From contig NW_021831875.1 of NCBI RefSeq assembly GCF_006345805.1, forward strand, positions 1 to 63,530: DNA of 63,530 bases. The letters run 5' to 3'. Of the stretch, positions 41,505 to 53,656 are shown one piece after another; within the stretch, counting starts at the first letter, position 1, and every line of letters starts with the position of its first letter. The stretch comes from Octopus sinensis (taxonomy: Eukaryota). A model generated the notes under the pieces. That model was not told the DNA's origin. It saw only the letters and a list, made by a program, of their open reading frames with translations, and did not search any database. The position numbers and the translations under genes were made by a program.

Positions 41505-41505
<1 letters not shown>
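37898..41505 (-). mobile_element. Tx1/L1-clade LINE copy C (second subfamily); both ends present, internal deletion removes ORF1 C-half and endonuclease; inserted in (AAT)n
   Basis: 5' UTR begins at 41505 next to (AAT)n, then ORF1 and RT (GRSPGLDGLPYELY, DQSKAFDRVDH, SAYADDVTV). The C-terminus has CPRC..TVLHALVQC, and AATAAA at 37910-37905 is followed by (ATT)n. Confidence 0.92.
39926..41284 (-). CDS. In-frame fusion of Tx1 ORF1 N-part to the ORF2 post-endonuclease linker (452 aa; the tail is out of frame after ~40203)
   Basis: ORF1 sequence runs to ...VREKN, then WVLNCWVLNNN, then WWFALKRAIREESIRYSK, which matches the ORF2 linker WWFALKRAVKAEAIRYSK of copy A. Confidence 0.7.
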   Translation of the reverse strand: MSLKRAAGSSILFTPPPPQEEKILLAVPNRPFRAVKGKGNIVMERAGKQNVPNENKKEDVTFDAILDFPPLPTANVKAPKGEEGNVMNNKVTNKEERNEDISKGFASAGKEISGEVKVSIEDIKMAKELLRKEGNSVFLNTPQQLIHDTNKISIFYKVFDKKTKRLFNATPQQLEMALKPIWSKKSYVTRGKRFGTVEVRFPTEEQARAHAISPLQNENLFLVPTYLGRRVQKIRINTIPPELNISWLVAAILYGIEDTAAILNVRRVREKNWVLNCWVLNNNWWFALKRAIREESIRYSKTLAIERRKRERDLVKKLDEALDTGIATDVLAARLALDQHFDAKHEGCVVRAKARSLSGEGLEPLDGPAWRRRSEATKQPFGLWWTRTGARLPNRSRCVRCFSGTLLNCLGRAVERTTVETSVCTWTAYRNSRTARQNAAKDRYLPGKWRKR

Positions 41506-41557
<52 letters not shown>

Positions 41558-41568
41558 TAATAATAATA

Positions 41569-41635
<67 letters not shown>

Positions 41636-41658
41636 TAATAATAATAATATAATAATAA

Positions 41659-41660
<2 letters not shown>
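41506..41660. repeat. (AAT)n microsatellite at the 5' flank of Tx1 copy C
   Basis: Direct sequence. Confidence 0.95.
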
Positions 41661-41706
<46 letters not shown>

Positions 41707-41764
41707 GTATACCAATTTGTGTTTCTGGCTTCAAACCTGTCTATCTACAACAATCGCACATGAA

Positions 41765-41945
41765 AACACGTGGCCGCATGGTTAGAGTGTTGATCGTTAA
41801 TTTGTGAGTTCAGTTCCCAGACGGGCAGCACTGACTTCTTCGAGCAATGTATGTCATTTCGCTTTATTTTAGCACAGTCAACTGGACATAAGCACCAGTG
41901 ACATTTACCGGTGACCTCTGCAATGAAGTGATGTATCGTCCAGGT
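41765..41945 (+). mobile_element. Degenerate tRNA-derived SINE
   Basis: A-box-like gtggccgcatggttagagtg and B-box-like gagttcagttccc, followed by SINE-like body. Confidence 0.5.
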
Positions 41946-42599
41946 TTTAGTCTAGTACTCTCACCTGAAGCACTTTGAAAATCCTGATATACTCAGGCAT
42001 TACGAGCAAGTAGACTCGAAATCCACTTTTCTCTGTCTATCAAGCTATCTAGGGCTTTATATACTTATTTGGTTATATATCTGTCTCACCGCTTTTCTAT
42101 ATACGAATGTGATATTGTATGAATGATATCATCTAGCATAAATAATTGAAAGATAAAATTGGAAGAGAAAGAGAAGCCATTGACTTTTATTTGATCTCAT
42201 TCATTTCAACTGAAAATCATCCTAATATTTGGCCTACTGATGTGCGTAACGTAACTTTATGGCCATATTATTAGATTCCAAATTCAGCTAAAAGTATACA
42301 CATACACACATGCATATCACATATATATATATATATATATATATATACGTATATAGGTATGTATGTAGGAATGTATGTATATTTGTATGTATAAGTGAGT
42401 TTAGGGGACGCCGTGTTAGCTCTCATTTAAGTTCCAGTTAACGGCTAACCTCAACGATCATCATTTAATGTCTATGACTACAATTTATTGTCAGTCACTC
42501 CGTGAATTCTTCCGATGGGTAGCTCCGTACACGCTTCGCTGGACGGTAAAAAATTGTCTGGAGTATAAATTATCATTATTATTGTTGTTGTTGTTGTTT

Positions 42600-43047
42600 T
42601 TGGATCCCTACTTCTCAACTCTCAACATCAATGTTCCACATTCGAATGAGAGCATGTATCCCTGCCCAGTAAAATTCTGTTGACTGTTCTTTGCGCCACT
42701 TCTTCACTACATTTTTCACTTTCTCCTCACCGGAATAATGTTTGCCTCTCAAACCCTCTTTCATGGGGCCAAAGAGTTGATAGGCGCTAAATTAAACCAA
42801 TGACGAGGAAATGAAAACTGTGGTGAAGAAGTGGCGCAAAGAACAGTCAACAGAACTTTACAGAACATTACGAGGCTCTCATTCGAAGGTGGAACATTGC
42901 TGTCGAGAGAAACGGTGACTATGTTGAGAGAAGTAAGGGGTTGTAATTCAGAGGACCAGCTTCATTTTGATGTATGATACATATCCCTGTGTTGGTAATT
43001 ATACCTGTCCTAAACAAAATTGCATTACTTTTTGACTCACCCTCGTA
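42600..43047. mobile_element. Two mariner transposase 3'-end fragments in inverted orientation; the right one keeps the TIR
   Basis: 42800-42910 reads ...VKKWRKEQSTE...LIRRWNIAVERNGDYVE; 42630-42720 is its inverted copy. TIR ...ttactttttgactcaccctcg-TA. Confidence 0.8.
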
Positions 43048-43477
43048 TATTTTCCTCACCATGGTACACAGAAACGATCGTAAACTCACTCTCACTTTCA
43101 CCTTTCTTAACTAATTAAATAATGGCTTCCTAGCGCAAAATAAACACTTCTTATTGTTATTTTCCTCCATTCGTCTATATATCGTCTATATAAATTAAAC
43201 TGCGGTTCATCCGCCAAATTACCTACCGCCGTATACATTTTACCAAGGACTATACCTACTGAGATAATTATCAGGAGTGCCTTTGGATATATTTATCCCT
43301 TAGAGGCTTTAAACACCTCTTACTTATACCTGTGTATATATATGTGTGTGTGTGGGAGTGTGTGTATGTGTGTGTGTGTGTATGTAAGTATGTATATTTA
43401 TATATATATATATCGATAGACAGATATATATAAATATATATGAATATATATAATATATATATATATATAACAACACA

Positions 43478-43517
<40 letters not shown>

Positions 43518-45349
43518 ACACACACATATGTATATATATATATATACATGTGTGTGTGCGTTGTGGTGTGTGTGTGTGTGTGTGTTGTATACAGAGGGAG
43601 AGAGCGTGAGAGAGGTGGTGTAATGGATATTAATGTGCATGTTTTAGTTTTATGTATAATTCTATTTACAAAAAAACAATCAAACATTAACAGAAAAATG
43701 CAAGCAATTCGTCTATACCCGACCTCACCTGACTGATGAAGACGAACGTCGGTGGCACTTCGTTATCACTATCAAAATACGTGGCGCGCGGACGCACAAT
43801 TATAGATAAAATTTGCATATATATGTATATATATATATATATATGTGCGTGTGTGTATATATATATAAATATATATAAATATATATATATGTATATATAT
43901 ATGTGCGTGTGTATGTGTGTGTATGTGTACGTTTCTGCGTGTGTATAAAGTATAACCGTCATTCACAGGTATGTCCTGGTAGCTTATACTTGTAAGGTGC
44001 CTGCACTGATTATTTTAGGTGTCTATGTGATGTCTATGTGATGAAAAGCACCAACATCCAGTTCCCAGTTATTGTTAGGTGAGTAGAGATGAGTAGAGAT
44101 GAAGAACAGGAAATTTTGTGCCTTGCCGAAGGGCAATTCGTGCCACCTGGTCCAAGTACCCAACCTGCAACCTCTTGGTCTTGAGGTCAAAGCTGTTACA
44201 ATAAAACGTAAGACGAAACTTACATTCTAGTTAAGACCCATTTCACGATAATTCAAATTCTATATTCAGTATTGCGTTTTCCATTACTAAATGTTGTTTT
44301 GTTTTCTTGAAGTTGTTTTTAAAATATTCAAACATTTATACAGATTAATCACACACTTATAACCAATTAATTTTTATAACCGGAAGCACACACGCACACA
44401 CACACTCAGAAGTATACACGAACACAGACATACCTAAAGATACATGTGCGCGCGCATGTTTAAAATTTCAATTTTATTTCTTTCAAAAGCATTGAGAATT
44501 CGACATGTCTGTAAGAGACTAAAGTAAGATAAATGATTGCGTATTATCTTGATTGGAGGTGGATTAACAGAACCATTCGCTTGAACTGTTATGGAAGTGT
44601 ATAGTAGGAGTGGGTGTATGAAAGAGGTGGAATAATAGTTTACTGTAAGCGTTTCTGTGCAATTCCTGAAAACAATCTGTACTCTGCCTTTTTTTTTCTA
44701 TGTAATGAGAGACATCTTACGGAGATTTGATTTTTCTACCAATCCTTCCTTAATTGCTTATTAACTATAACTAAAATAATCTAACTTCCCAATCCCTACT
44801 TGATATATTAGCTTCCACACGGAAAATGACTCAAAATTTTGCAAGTTGGGCGCCTGGCGCCTTCTCCATTAAGCCATGTCAGAAAAAAGAGAATTAAAAA
44901 CAAAAGCGATTTATTCACAAATTGCCTAATCAGGGACAGCCGAGATTTTTTCTTGATAGTAAACTGTTTTACAGGCGTGCCCAAAATTAGACTCAATACA
45001 AATTACAGGCGGAAAAAAAACACATTTAATCAAACAATATTAGTACTAATGATTATGACATTTACCATAATTGCAGTAAAAAAAGACAAGATCTTTCTTG
45101 GTGTACTTAATTACATATACATACACACATATGGTCGTTCATTTGCACGTAAATCGGACAAAGAGAGAAATAACGTAAAATAATTGTTTGATTTTTAGAT
45201 AAACCTCGACAGAGATTTACTGAAGGCTGAAAAATAACAAAGAAAATTAACAATTTGCTTGCGGAAGGCATAAGATTGTTAATTTATTATATATTACATA
45301 CGAGCAGGAGTTCACTTTAACAATGAAAACCACATAATAATAAAAATCC

Positions 45350-45549
45350 TTTCTACTATAGGTACAAGGCCTGAAATTTTGGGGTGGAGACTTGTCGATT
45401 ACATCGACCTTAGTACGCAACTGGTACTTCATTTATCGAATCCGAAAGGATGAAAGGCAAAGCTAACCTCGGCGTTATTTGAACTTAGAACGTAAAGACG
45501 AACAAAATGCCGCGAGGTATTTCGTGCTGACGATTCTGCTAGTTCGCCG

Positions 45550-45551
<2 letters not shown>
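45350..45551 (-). mobile_element. tRNA-derived SINE
   Basis: Same family as 5215-5405. Confidence 0.8.
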
Positions 45552-45589
<38 letters not shown>

Positions 45590-45649
45590 TAATAATAATA
45601 ATAATAATATATAATAATAATAACAACAATAATAATAATAATAACAATA

Positions 45650-45703
<54 letters not shown>

Positions 45704-45731
45704 CAATAATATAATAATAATAATAATAATA

Positions 45732-45764
<33 letters not shown>

Positions 45765-45778
45765 TAATAATAATAATA

Positions 45779-46336
45779 AATGCCCTAATGCAGTACCAGA
45801 CAGTGGCTCTCATGGCTTTTGATCTTAACTGATTGGAAGTGTTATCATGTACATTGTTTTGTCTTGGTATAAAAGATGGGCTACAGCAAATATTCTGCTC
45901 AATACCACAGATTTGTTTGTCAGTTGTTTGACCTTAACCAGTTGAGCATGTCCCTTAATGGCTGACGATATGTGCATCTCTGATCACGAGCAGAAGTAGT
46001 GGGGGAGCATCATAGCCATGTGTTGAGAGGGATTCTTTGGGGTTTGAATAATTCACCTTTGGAAACATGGGTGTTTTGTTCATCATCCTTAAACAAACCC
46101 TTATTCAGGGACCTTTTGAATGGGATGGGCTACTCGACCAGAAGAAAATTCTAACTGGGCCCCACCGGCAAGGTCATGTGTTGTTTATCTTCATATGAGA
46201 TCACCATGTCACGCACATTTGGTTGTGATGCATGTGCCTGGTGTACCCTTACCAGACGAGAAGTCATGATGGTTATACTGGGCTTCGTATATTTTACCCC
46301 AGTGTCATTTTGATGGCATACACTACTCTCTCACTC
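45779..46336. repeat. ~555-bp unclassified repeat, copy 2, (AAT)n on both sides
   Basis: Colinear with 37258-37815. Confidence 0.9.
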
Positions 46337-46391
<55 letters not shown>

Positions 46392-47274
46392 TAATAACAA
46401 CAACAACTACTACTACTACTACTACTACAATCATAATAATGATTATGTCGAAAAGAAAGCAACAAAATAACTGAATTATGAATTAATTTTTTTTTCTTCT
46501 TTTCACTGAATCACTGTATTTTCAATTTGGTATACAGTTTAATTACAATATTTTTAATTAGTTTTTGCACAAGGGCACGTAGAAGTTATACTTTCAAAAA
46601 CAAATTTGCTTATGACTGTTTATGAGCGATTACATCACAAGTAAAACGTTCTTGATATTAAACACATGTCAGAAGCACGTGAAGAATCCGAATTCTCACG
46701 ATTCAATTGTCAAAAAGGAAGTATGAAAATAGGGTGAAGAGAATAAAGTTACAAATGTAATTTTCCATTAAATAAAGTAATTGTTAAAGTAAAGTAAAAG
46801 TTTCATATTAATAACCAAATATACATGAGGTATATCAATTTATTTATTTATTAAATTCTTATTCCAAATTATATGTTAAATTTTACGCAATTGGTGATGT
46901 ACGCAAAATACTTAAAATAAATAGAAATTTCCTTCTTTAATTGAAGAGAAAAGACGAAGACCTAGTGATAACTGTCGGCGATGTTGAAAGAAAAGGGGAG
47001 ATAATCCAAATAATGAAGACTTAATTTCAAAGAAACTTTCATTTTCATACTTTTTCCCTAATCCTCTTCAGGTATCCCATTCTTTCGCATTAACATATGC
47101 AGGCGACTTTACTTCCTGTGCAGAGAGTCACCGAAAAGATGGAAACTCAGAACCCTGCTTCAGAAGATAAGAACTATATTTATAACTAGTAAACAGTAAC
47201 TTAGATATGGTGATGAGGAATGAAGGGACTCTACTTCTGTAGTAGTAGTAGTAGTAGTAGTAAGTAGTAGTAGT

Positions 47275-47314
<40 letters not shown>

Positions 47315-47346
47315 TTCAATTTTAACCGTTGTCCTTGAAAAGAGTG

Positions 47347-47392
<46 letters not shown>

Positions 47393-47418
47393 ATGTATGT
47401 GTGTATGTATGTATAAAT

Positions 47419-47472
<54 letters not shown>

Positions 47473-48134
47473 ATATGTATGTATATGTATGTGTGTATGT
47501 ATGTATAAATATATATATATAATATATTATATATATATATATATATGTATAAATATATATATATATATATGTTTGTATGTGTTGGTATATTTATATGTAT
47601 ATATGTATGTAGAGATGGATGAGCGTATATGTGTGTATACTTTAAGATTATACGTATATTTGTGAGTATGTGTAAGTGTCTATATGATTGTGTGTACTTG
47701 TATATATGTATAAGGTTATATGTGCATATATGTATCTAAGACGTTGTATCCATTCACCGTTAGACGGTGGTGAGAGGGAGAAACGCACACACACACACAC
47801 ACACATACACACACACACACATATAAGTGTGTGTGTGTCTATATAAATGTATATGTGTGTATATATACAACATTCAACAAGGTAACAGTCAGGTATACAA
47901 CTTGAACTGACACATATCATTACATAAACATACGTTCACATGTACACACACAGACACGTCTACACACCCTCCTAAATACTCACATACATACGTAAATACA
48001 TAAGTACATACATACATGTGTATAGGCATGCACACATGCATGCGCACATGCATGTACACACATACATACATACGCACATGCATACATACATACATATATA
48101 TATACATACGCACATACATATATTTATTTATGTT

Positions 48135-49120
48135 TTTATGGCTGCCCCCTAGTTATCGAGTATGCCCATTGCACGAAGCTTAACTGATACTGGTGCTGTG
48201 ATCGAATGTGACTTTTTAGCCCAGCCAAAGATCTACAATGTCTTGTACAGAATTGGCAGCTAAAACCTTTACTGGTAAGAGCCGGCTGTAGTTGTAACTG
48301 GGCTTCATGTACCTTTGCATGTCGTTTAAGTCCTCCTGCCGAATTACACTCTCTTCCACATGCCCGACAGATATGATTAGTATGGTGTGTTACACCACCA
48401 CCAGTGGCCAGGTTGTCACTCATCTTTCTCGTTTTATGACTACGAAGATGACTCTTGAGTCCAGCTTTACTGAGGCAGGGTCTTGCACAGACACTGCATG
48501 TCAGCATCATAGGAGGACCCATCCCTTCTGGAAGTGTAACAGTGATGCCCTTCCTGACATCCTCCTTACTTTCTCATGTGCAACTCGAGATGTCTCCTCA
48601 CAAGTGGATGTCCCCTCGTGCACAATCCTTCTCCACCTGCTGCGATCAATAGCTATGCCTTCCCAGCTGTCAGGAGAGATGCAAGCATATCTTAAGGAAG
48701 CCTTCAGCAAGTCCTTATACCTCTTTTTTGGTTTATGTGAATGTCGTTCTCCTTTAGCTAACTCTCCATAAAAGAGTTGTTTTGGCATCCTTGAATCCTT
48801 CATCCTGACCAGATGATCACGCCATCTGAGCCTTTGTTTTAACACAAGAGCTTCTATACTTTCACACTGAAAGCCTTCCAATATTTCAAGATCACTGATG
48901 CGGTCCTTCCACTTAATGCCATAGATCCGTCTGAAGCACACCTGATGGAAACGTTCCAGTTGTTTAAGGTGGTATCGATATGTGACCCACGTCTCGCGGG
49001 CATAGAGAATAGAAGGGAGCACACATGCCTTGTACACCTTTATCTTTGTCTTTCTGCATATGTCTCACCGACTCCAGAGTCGCTTTTCTAGCTTTCCGAA
49101 AGCAACACTTGCTTTCCTAA
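48135..49120 (-). mobile_element. RTE-clade LINE 3' fragment with three C-terminal C2H2 zinc fingers, embedded in (CATA)n
   Basis: RIRKASVAFGKL, YKACVLPSILYARETW, LERFHQVCFRRIYGIKWKDRI and RLRWRDHLVRM..SRMPKQLFYGEL are typical RTE ORF C-terminus. The fingers lie in 48136-48522 after a 1-nt frameshift. Confidence 0.9.
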
Positions 49121-49403
49121 TTCTATACATACATACATACATACATACATGCACGCACGCACATACATACATACACACATACATACATATACATACATAC
49201 ATACATACATACATACATACATACATACATACATACATACATACATACACGCACATGCATACATACACGCACATACATACATACATACATACATACATAC
49301 ATACATACATACAGACATACATACACACATACATACGCGCACACATACATACGTACATATATATCATGAACTAACTGTTACTTTCTCAGATGTAGCACGA
49401 AGC

Positions 49404-49454
49404 TTTGTCAGTGAAGAGGTCGCGGTCTGAAAGCGACGAAAATATTTTGACAAA
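49404..49454 (+). ncRNA. Hammerhead motif with C3G (likely inactive) in a PLE terminal-repeat fragment
   Basis: TTTGTCA-GTGAAGA-G-GTCGC(ggtctgaaa)GCGAC-GAAA-ATAT-TT-TGACAAA. Confidence 0.65.
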
Positions 49455-49543
49455 TTAAATTTATATGTTGAAGTGAATCTAACGGTTTTTGTGTGTGTTT
49501 CTTAAATGGCTTATAATAACCTTCCACGCTGCAATTGTTCTAA

Positions 49544-49599
<56 letters not shown>

Positions 49600-49606
<7 letters not shown>

Positions 49607-51060
49607 AACGTGTCTTGAATGGCACAACAATGCAGAGTGGACTATAATAACTGTTATAATTTAATTAGCCATAGTTTGATATGATAATATTTCGGAATAT
49701 AAAATTCTTTCTTCAGATGTCTCTAGGAATTGATTGAGTCACTGCTATAATCGGTTTTCCAGATCCTTCTGGAATTCCTCATGAGAAGTGGGTGAGGGCG
49801 GCCATGTCTCAAGCTCGTGTGTGTTGGCACACCCGCAGCGCTGCTCCTAAGTTATGTATTATACGTGCAGTTTCTTTTTCTTCCTTTTTTTATAATACAT
49901 GAGCATGTTATCAAAAGTGAACCTACACGCATTCAGATGTAGCTAAATAATATATTAATTACCAACCTCCAGCCTGTTGTTCATTTGGGGCCCTAGTCTG
50001 TCTATGAGGATAGCTTCCTTAATTTTTAGATTACCCAAATTTCTTTCATAGGCCTCAATTGTGACTGTTATGTATCTGTCTAGATATTTTCTGAAGTAGG
50101 AAGCTCTCGTGTTCAGATGTTCTTTGATGTGGACGTGTAAACTGTCTTGTGCTACCCACATAGAACGTGTTGCATTTATTACATTGTATTCTATACACAT
50201 TTACCTGTTGGCATAAATTTGTGTCACGGATGGGGCAGTTAGCTAGAGTGCATTGATTGCTGTCCCTCATTCGTTTCTTTGCTAGGTGTCTTCTCTGAGA
50301 GGGGCCAGAGTGGGCTAGTTGTATGTCTATTTCGTCTCTTCTTATGGCTCTTCGGGTGGCTGTAGTTACCCTCTCGCTAAAATGGGCTATTTTAAGGAAG
50401 CATGTGTTGCTGGGTTTTCTGTATGTTCGGCGTGTTTGTCGTTTTGGGTACTTAAGCCGATTTACGATGGATTAGGGTACCCGTTGATTTTCAAATATAT
50501 CTAGGAAGTGTGTAGTGTGGGTCACCTTGTCCTCCATTCTGATGCACTTCCTCTTGATGCGTGCAAGTTCATTTCTGGCGTATCTTATTTTGGCACCGAG
50601 TGGAAGTGCTGAACTGTACTGGACAAATATATCTACTGGATGCTTTCCTGTAGAACGCGGTGTGGATCTCAACTTCTTCCGTTATTTTCAGTTGGAAGTC
50701 AAGTAGCAATTGTGATCCAGTGTCGTCGGGATGTTATACAGTGATCTGAATGTTCATGTCCATGTTGTTGAATGTCGTGAATATTCTGTCAGCCTCTAGT
50801 AACAGAAGTGAAAGATAGACAGGGTCGTAGGGTACACTACTCTCATCAATATGGCCGATTCTCATACATGTGCGATTGGGTGTTACCCTACGTGCTTCTG
50901 TTTACTCTTTACTCTTCCATGTAAATTCCTGAACATAATATATCTTAAGATATTGTCTCCCCTTATAAGGCTATTCAGCAAGAGCACACACTGTGTGGCT
51001 ACTTTTCCTTCAAATATCCACTTAAGCTGGAAGTTACGGCGGCGGCGAGATGATCATGAA
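49600..51060 (-). mobile_element. Penelope-like element 3' fragment (RT C-part, GIY-YIG, pseudo-LTR), decayed
   Basis: VYRIQCNKCNTFYVGST (50055-50270), LKIKEAILIDRLGPQMN (49955-50200) and RT thumb-like YSSALPLGAKIRYARNE. Confidence 0.8.
49678..49721 (-). ncRNA. Hammerhead motif, core intact, stems eroded
   Basis: GACAT-CTGAAGA-AAGAATTTTATATTCC-GAAA-TATTA-TC-ATATC. Confidence 0.6.
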
Positions 51061-51074
51061 GAATAGCATTCTTT

Positions 51075-51240
51075 AATCCTTTTACTTGACTGCGGCCACA
51101 CTGGAGCACCAGCTTCAAGGGTTTTCAGTCGAAGAAATCAACCCCAGCATTTATTATTTGTAAGCCTAGTAATTATTTCATCGGCCGCTTGTGCCGAACC
51201 GGCTGTCAAGCAGCGATGGCGGGAGCACAAATACACACAC
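51075..51240 (-). mobile_element. SINE 3' fragment (second family)
   Basis: ttgactgcggccacactggagcacc...aaccccagcattt...gccgaaccg...tgtcaagcagcgatgg; a related piece lies at ~4700-4790. Confidence 0.65.
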
Positions 51241-51427
51241 ATACATATACACATACATACATACATACATACGTACATACATACATACATACATACATAC
51301 ATGCATGCATACATACATACATACATACATATATGCATACATACATGCATACATACATACATACATACATACACACACACATACATACATACATACATAC
51401 ATACATGCATGCATACATACATACATA

Positions 51428-52013
51428 CAGTCAACATCGTGGTGTTTGGAGTGATCACTAGTAATGGTAACGTTATGCTTCCATTCATCTCACACAGCCT
51501 CAGACTCAACACAGAAACCTACATTAAGTACCTGGAGGATGTAGTGTTGCTCTGGGTCAAGAGGGTGGCTGCTGGAAGACCCTATGTCTGGCAACAGGAC
51601 TCTGCTCCATGCCACACAAGCAGGAGAACCCAGTCATGGCTTTCAGACAATTTCTGCGACCACATCACTCCTAACATCAATTAACTCCCCCAGACTGCAA
51701 CCCCCTTGATTATTAGGTGTGGGGCGCAATTGAGTTAAAAACTCCTTGTGAAACCAAAGATTAACTGAATACAAAGATTATGGCAGCATTCCCCAACTTA
51801 AACAAAAAGACCGTCCAAAAGAGTTGCAGGAGATTCCGAAGTCGGCTGGAGACCGTGGTTGAAGCCAATGACGATTTTATTGAATAAGTTTACTCTTTAG
51901 TATTTCAAGATATTTTTATGTAAATTTTGGTTAAAATATATCTTTTAAAACAAGATGTTAGTGTTATTTTCATTTTTGCGTAATTTAAAGAACAATATAT
52001 TCACCGCACCCCA
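51428..52013 (+). mobile_element. Tc1/mariner (maT/DD37D-like) transposase 3' fragment with right TIR
   Basis: VVFGVITSNG...WQQDSAPCHTSRRTQSWL...SPDCNPLDY with a small deletion; TIR-like end aacaatatattcaccgcacccc. Confidence 0.85.
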
Positions 52014-52043
52014 TATGTGTGTGTGTGTGTAAAGAGAGAGAGA

Positions 52044-52422
52044 GAGGTGCAATGGCCCAGAGGTTAGGGCAGCGGTCTTGTGGTCGTAGGATCGCGGTTT
52101 CGATTCCCAGACCGGGCAATGTCAGTGTTTATGGAGCGAAAACACCTAAACCTTCACGAGGCTCCGGCAGGGGTGGTGGCGAACGCTGCTGTATTCTTTC
52201 ACCACACCTTTCTCTCACTCTTTCTTCCTGTTTTTGTTGTACCTGTATTTCAAAGGGCCAGCATTGTCACACTCTGTGTCACGCTGAATCTCCCCGAGAA
52301 CTACGTTAATGGGAACACATATCTGTGGAGTGCTCAGCCACTTACACGTTAATTAATCGAGTAGGCTGTTCCGTTGATTGGATCAACAGGAATACTCGTC
52401 CTCGTAACCGACGGAGTGCCAC
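52044..52422 (+). mobile_element. tRNA-derived SINE with intact head (Octopus OR-like)
   Basis: A box TGGCCCAGAGG and B box GTTTCGATTCC, followed by a ~300-bp non-tRNA body. Confidence 0.8.
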
Positions 52423-52427
52423 GATAT

Positions 52428-52468
<41 letters not shown>

Positions 52469-52470
<2 letters not shown>

Positions 52471-52689
52471 CGAAGGAACGCTAAAATCTTCCTACCTTTA
52501 GAGATACCGCGAAAGACCTGGCTGGAGGACCAACCTTCTGAGTTCTTTTACAGGTCATAGAAAAACTGAAAGTACTCTGGAATAAGTGCGTGAATCTGAG
52601 AGTGGAATATGATGAATTAAATCATAGTTAACTAATTCTCCTGTATTTTATTCTACCCAAACCCAGGAACTTTTCACCACTCCCTCGTA
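52469..52689. mobile_element. Mariner-derived MITE, same family as 29941-30166
   Basis: TA-CGAAGG...CCCTCG-TA; internal gcgaaag...tggagg...cttc.gagtt...tacagg...tagaaaaactga is shared. Confidence 0.8.
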
Positions 52690-53069
52690 TGTATGTATAT
52701 TAGTTTACGTATAAACATATAAACTTTTAAGCTACTCCTAATATAATTGTGACGAATTCTACCATCTTACTTTTAAAAAAAATAGAAGGTATTTCTACTG
52801 GAATTTGCCATGGTGAAAATTTCTGCATTTTAGGAAATAGGTGCCATGGTTACATCACTGATCTCAAGGTATTGTATGGTGGACTGATGAATGCATTTGT
52901 ATCTATAAAGTTATCATCAGCACCGGTAACTACACTAGAAAGATAATTCTGAAATGACGTAGGAATCTATAGCCTTCGTTATGGACATTTAGCAAAAAGT
53001 ATTCACTGACTGTATGTGATCAGCTGCCAGGCTCCATTAAATTATACATTACGTCCATTCTTTTCTACT

Positions 53070-53455
53070 CTAGGCACAAAGATCGAAATTTTGGGGGAGG
53101 GGACCGGTCGACTCCAGTATGCAACTGGTACTTAATTTATCGACCCTGAAAGGCGAAGTCGACTTCGGCGGAATTTCAACTCAGAACATAAAGACAGGAG
53201 AAATACAGCATAGCATTTCGTCCGGCGTGCTAACGTTTCTTATTTCTTTATTGCCCATAAAAGGCTACACACAGAGGGGCGAAACAAGGACAGACAAGGG
53301 AATTAAGTCGATTATATCGACCCCAGTGCGAAATTGGTACTTAAATTATCGACCCCGAAACGATGAAAGGCAAAGTCGACCTCGGCGGAATTTGAACTCA
53401 GAACCTAAAAACAGACGAAATACAGCTTAGCATTTCGTCCGGCGTTGAGCTGGCA
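53070..53455 (-). mobile_element. Two tandem tRNA-SINE copies
   Basis: ggaatttcaactc at ~53170 and ggaatttgaactc at ~53388, each within the family body. Confidence 0.85.
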
Positions 53456-53619
53456 GAAGCCAGCTCACCATCTCACATTATGTGCATTGAATAGTTTTAT
53501 GAAATAAACAAACATTGAATCAGTTCAAATATGGTATTGACTTACATGACCTGTAACAAAGATATTTTCACTGCCATTTAGCATTAATAAGTCAGGGAGA
53601 AAATTCTCACATATACATG

Positions 53620-53650
<31 letters not shown>

Positions 53651-53656
<6 letters not shown>

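Noticed and set aside
48136-48522. Host C2H2 zinc-finger gene
   Set aside because: It is contiguous with the RTE ORF through a 1-nt frameshift, has no TGEKP linkers and ends at the element's 3' end.
52044-52120. tRNA gene
   Set aside because: A and B boxes are present, but the sequence continues into a SINE body and has no proper acceptor stem.
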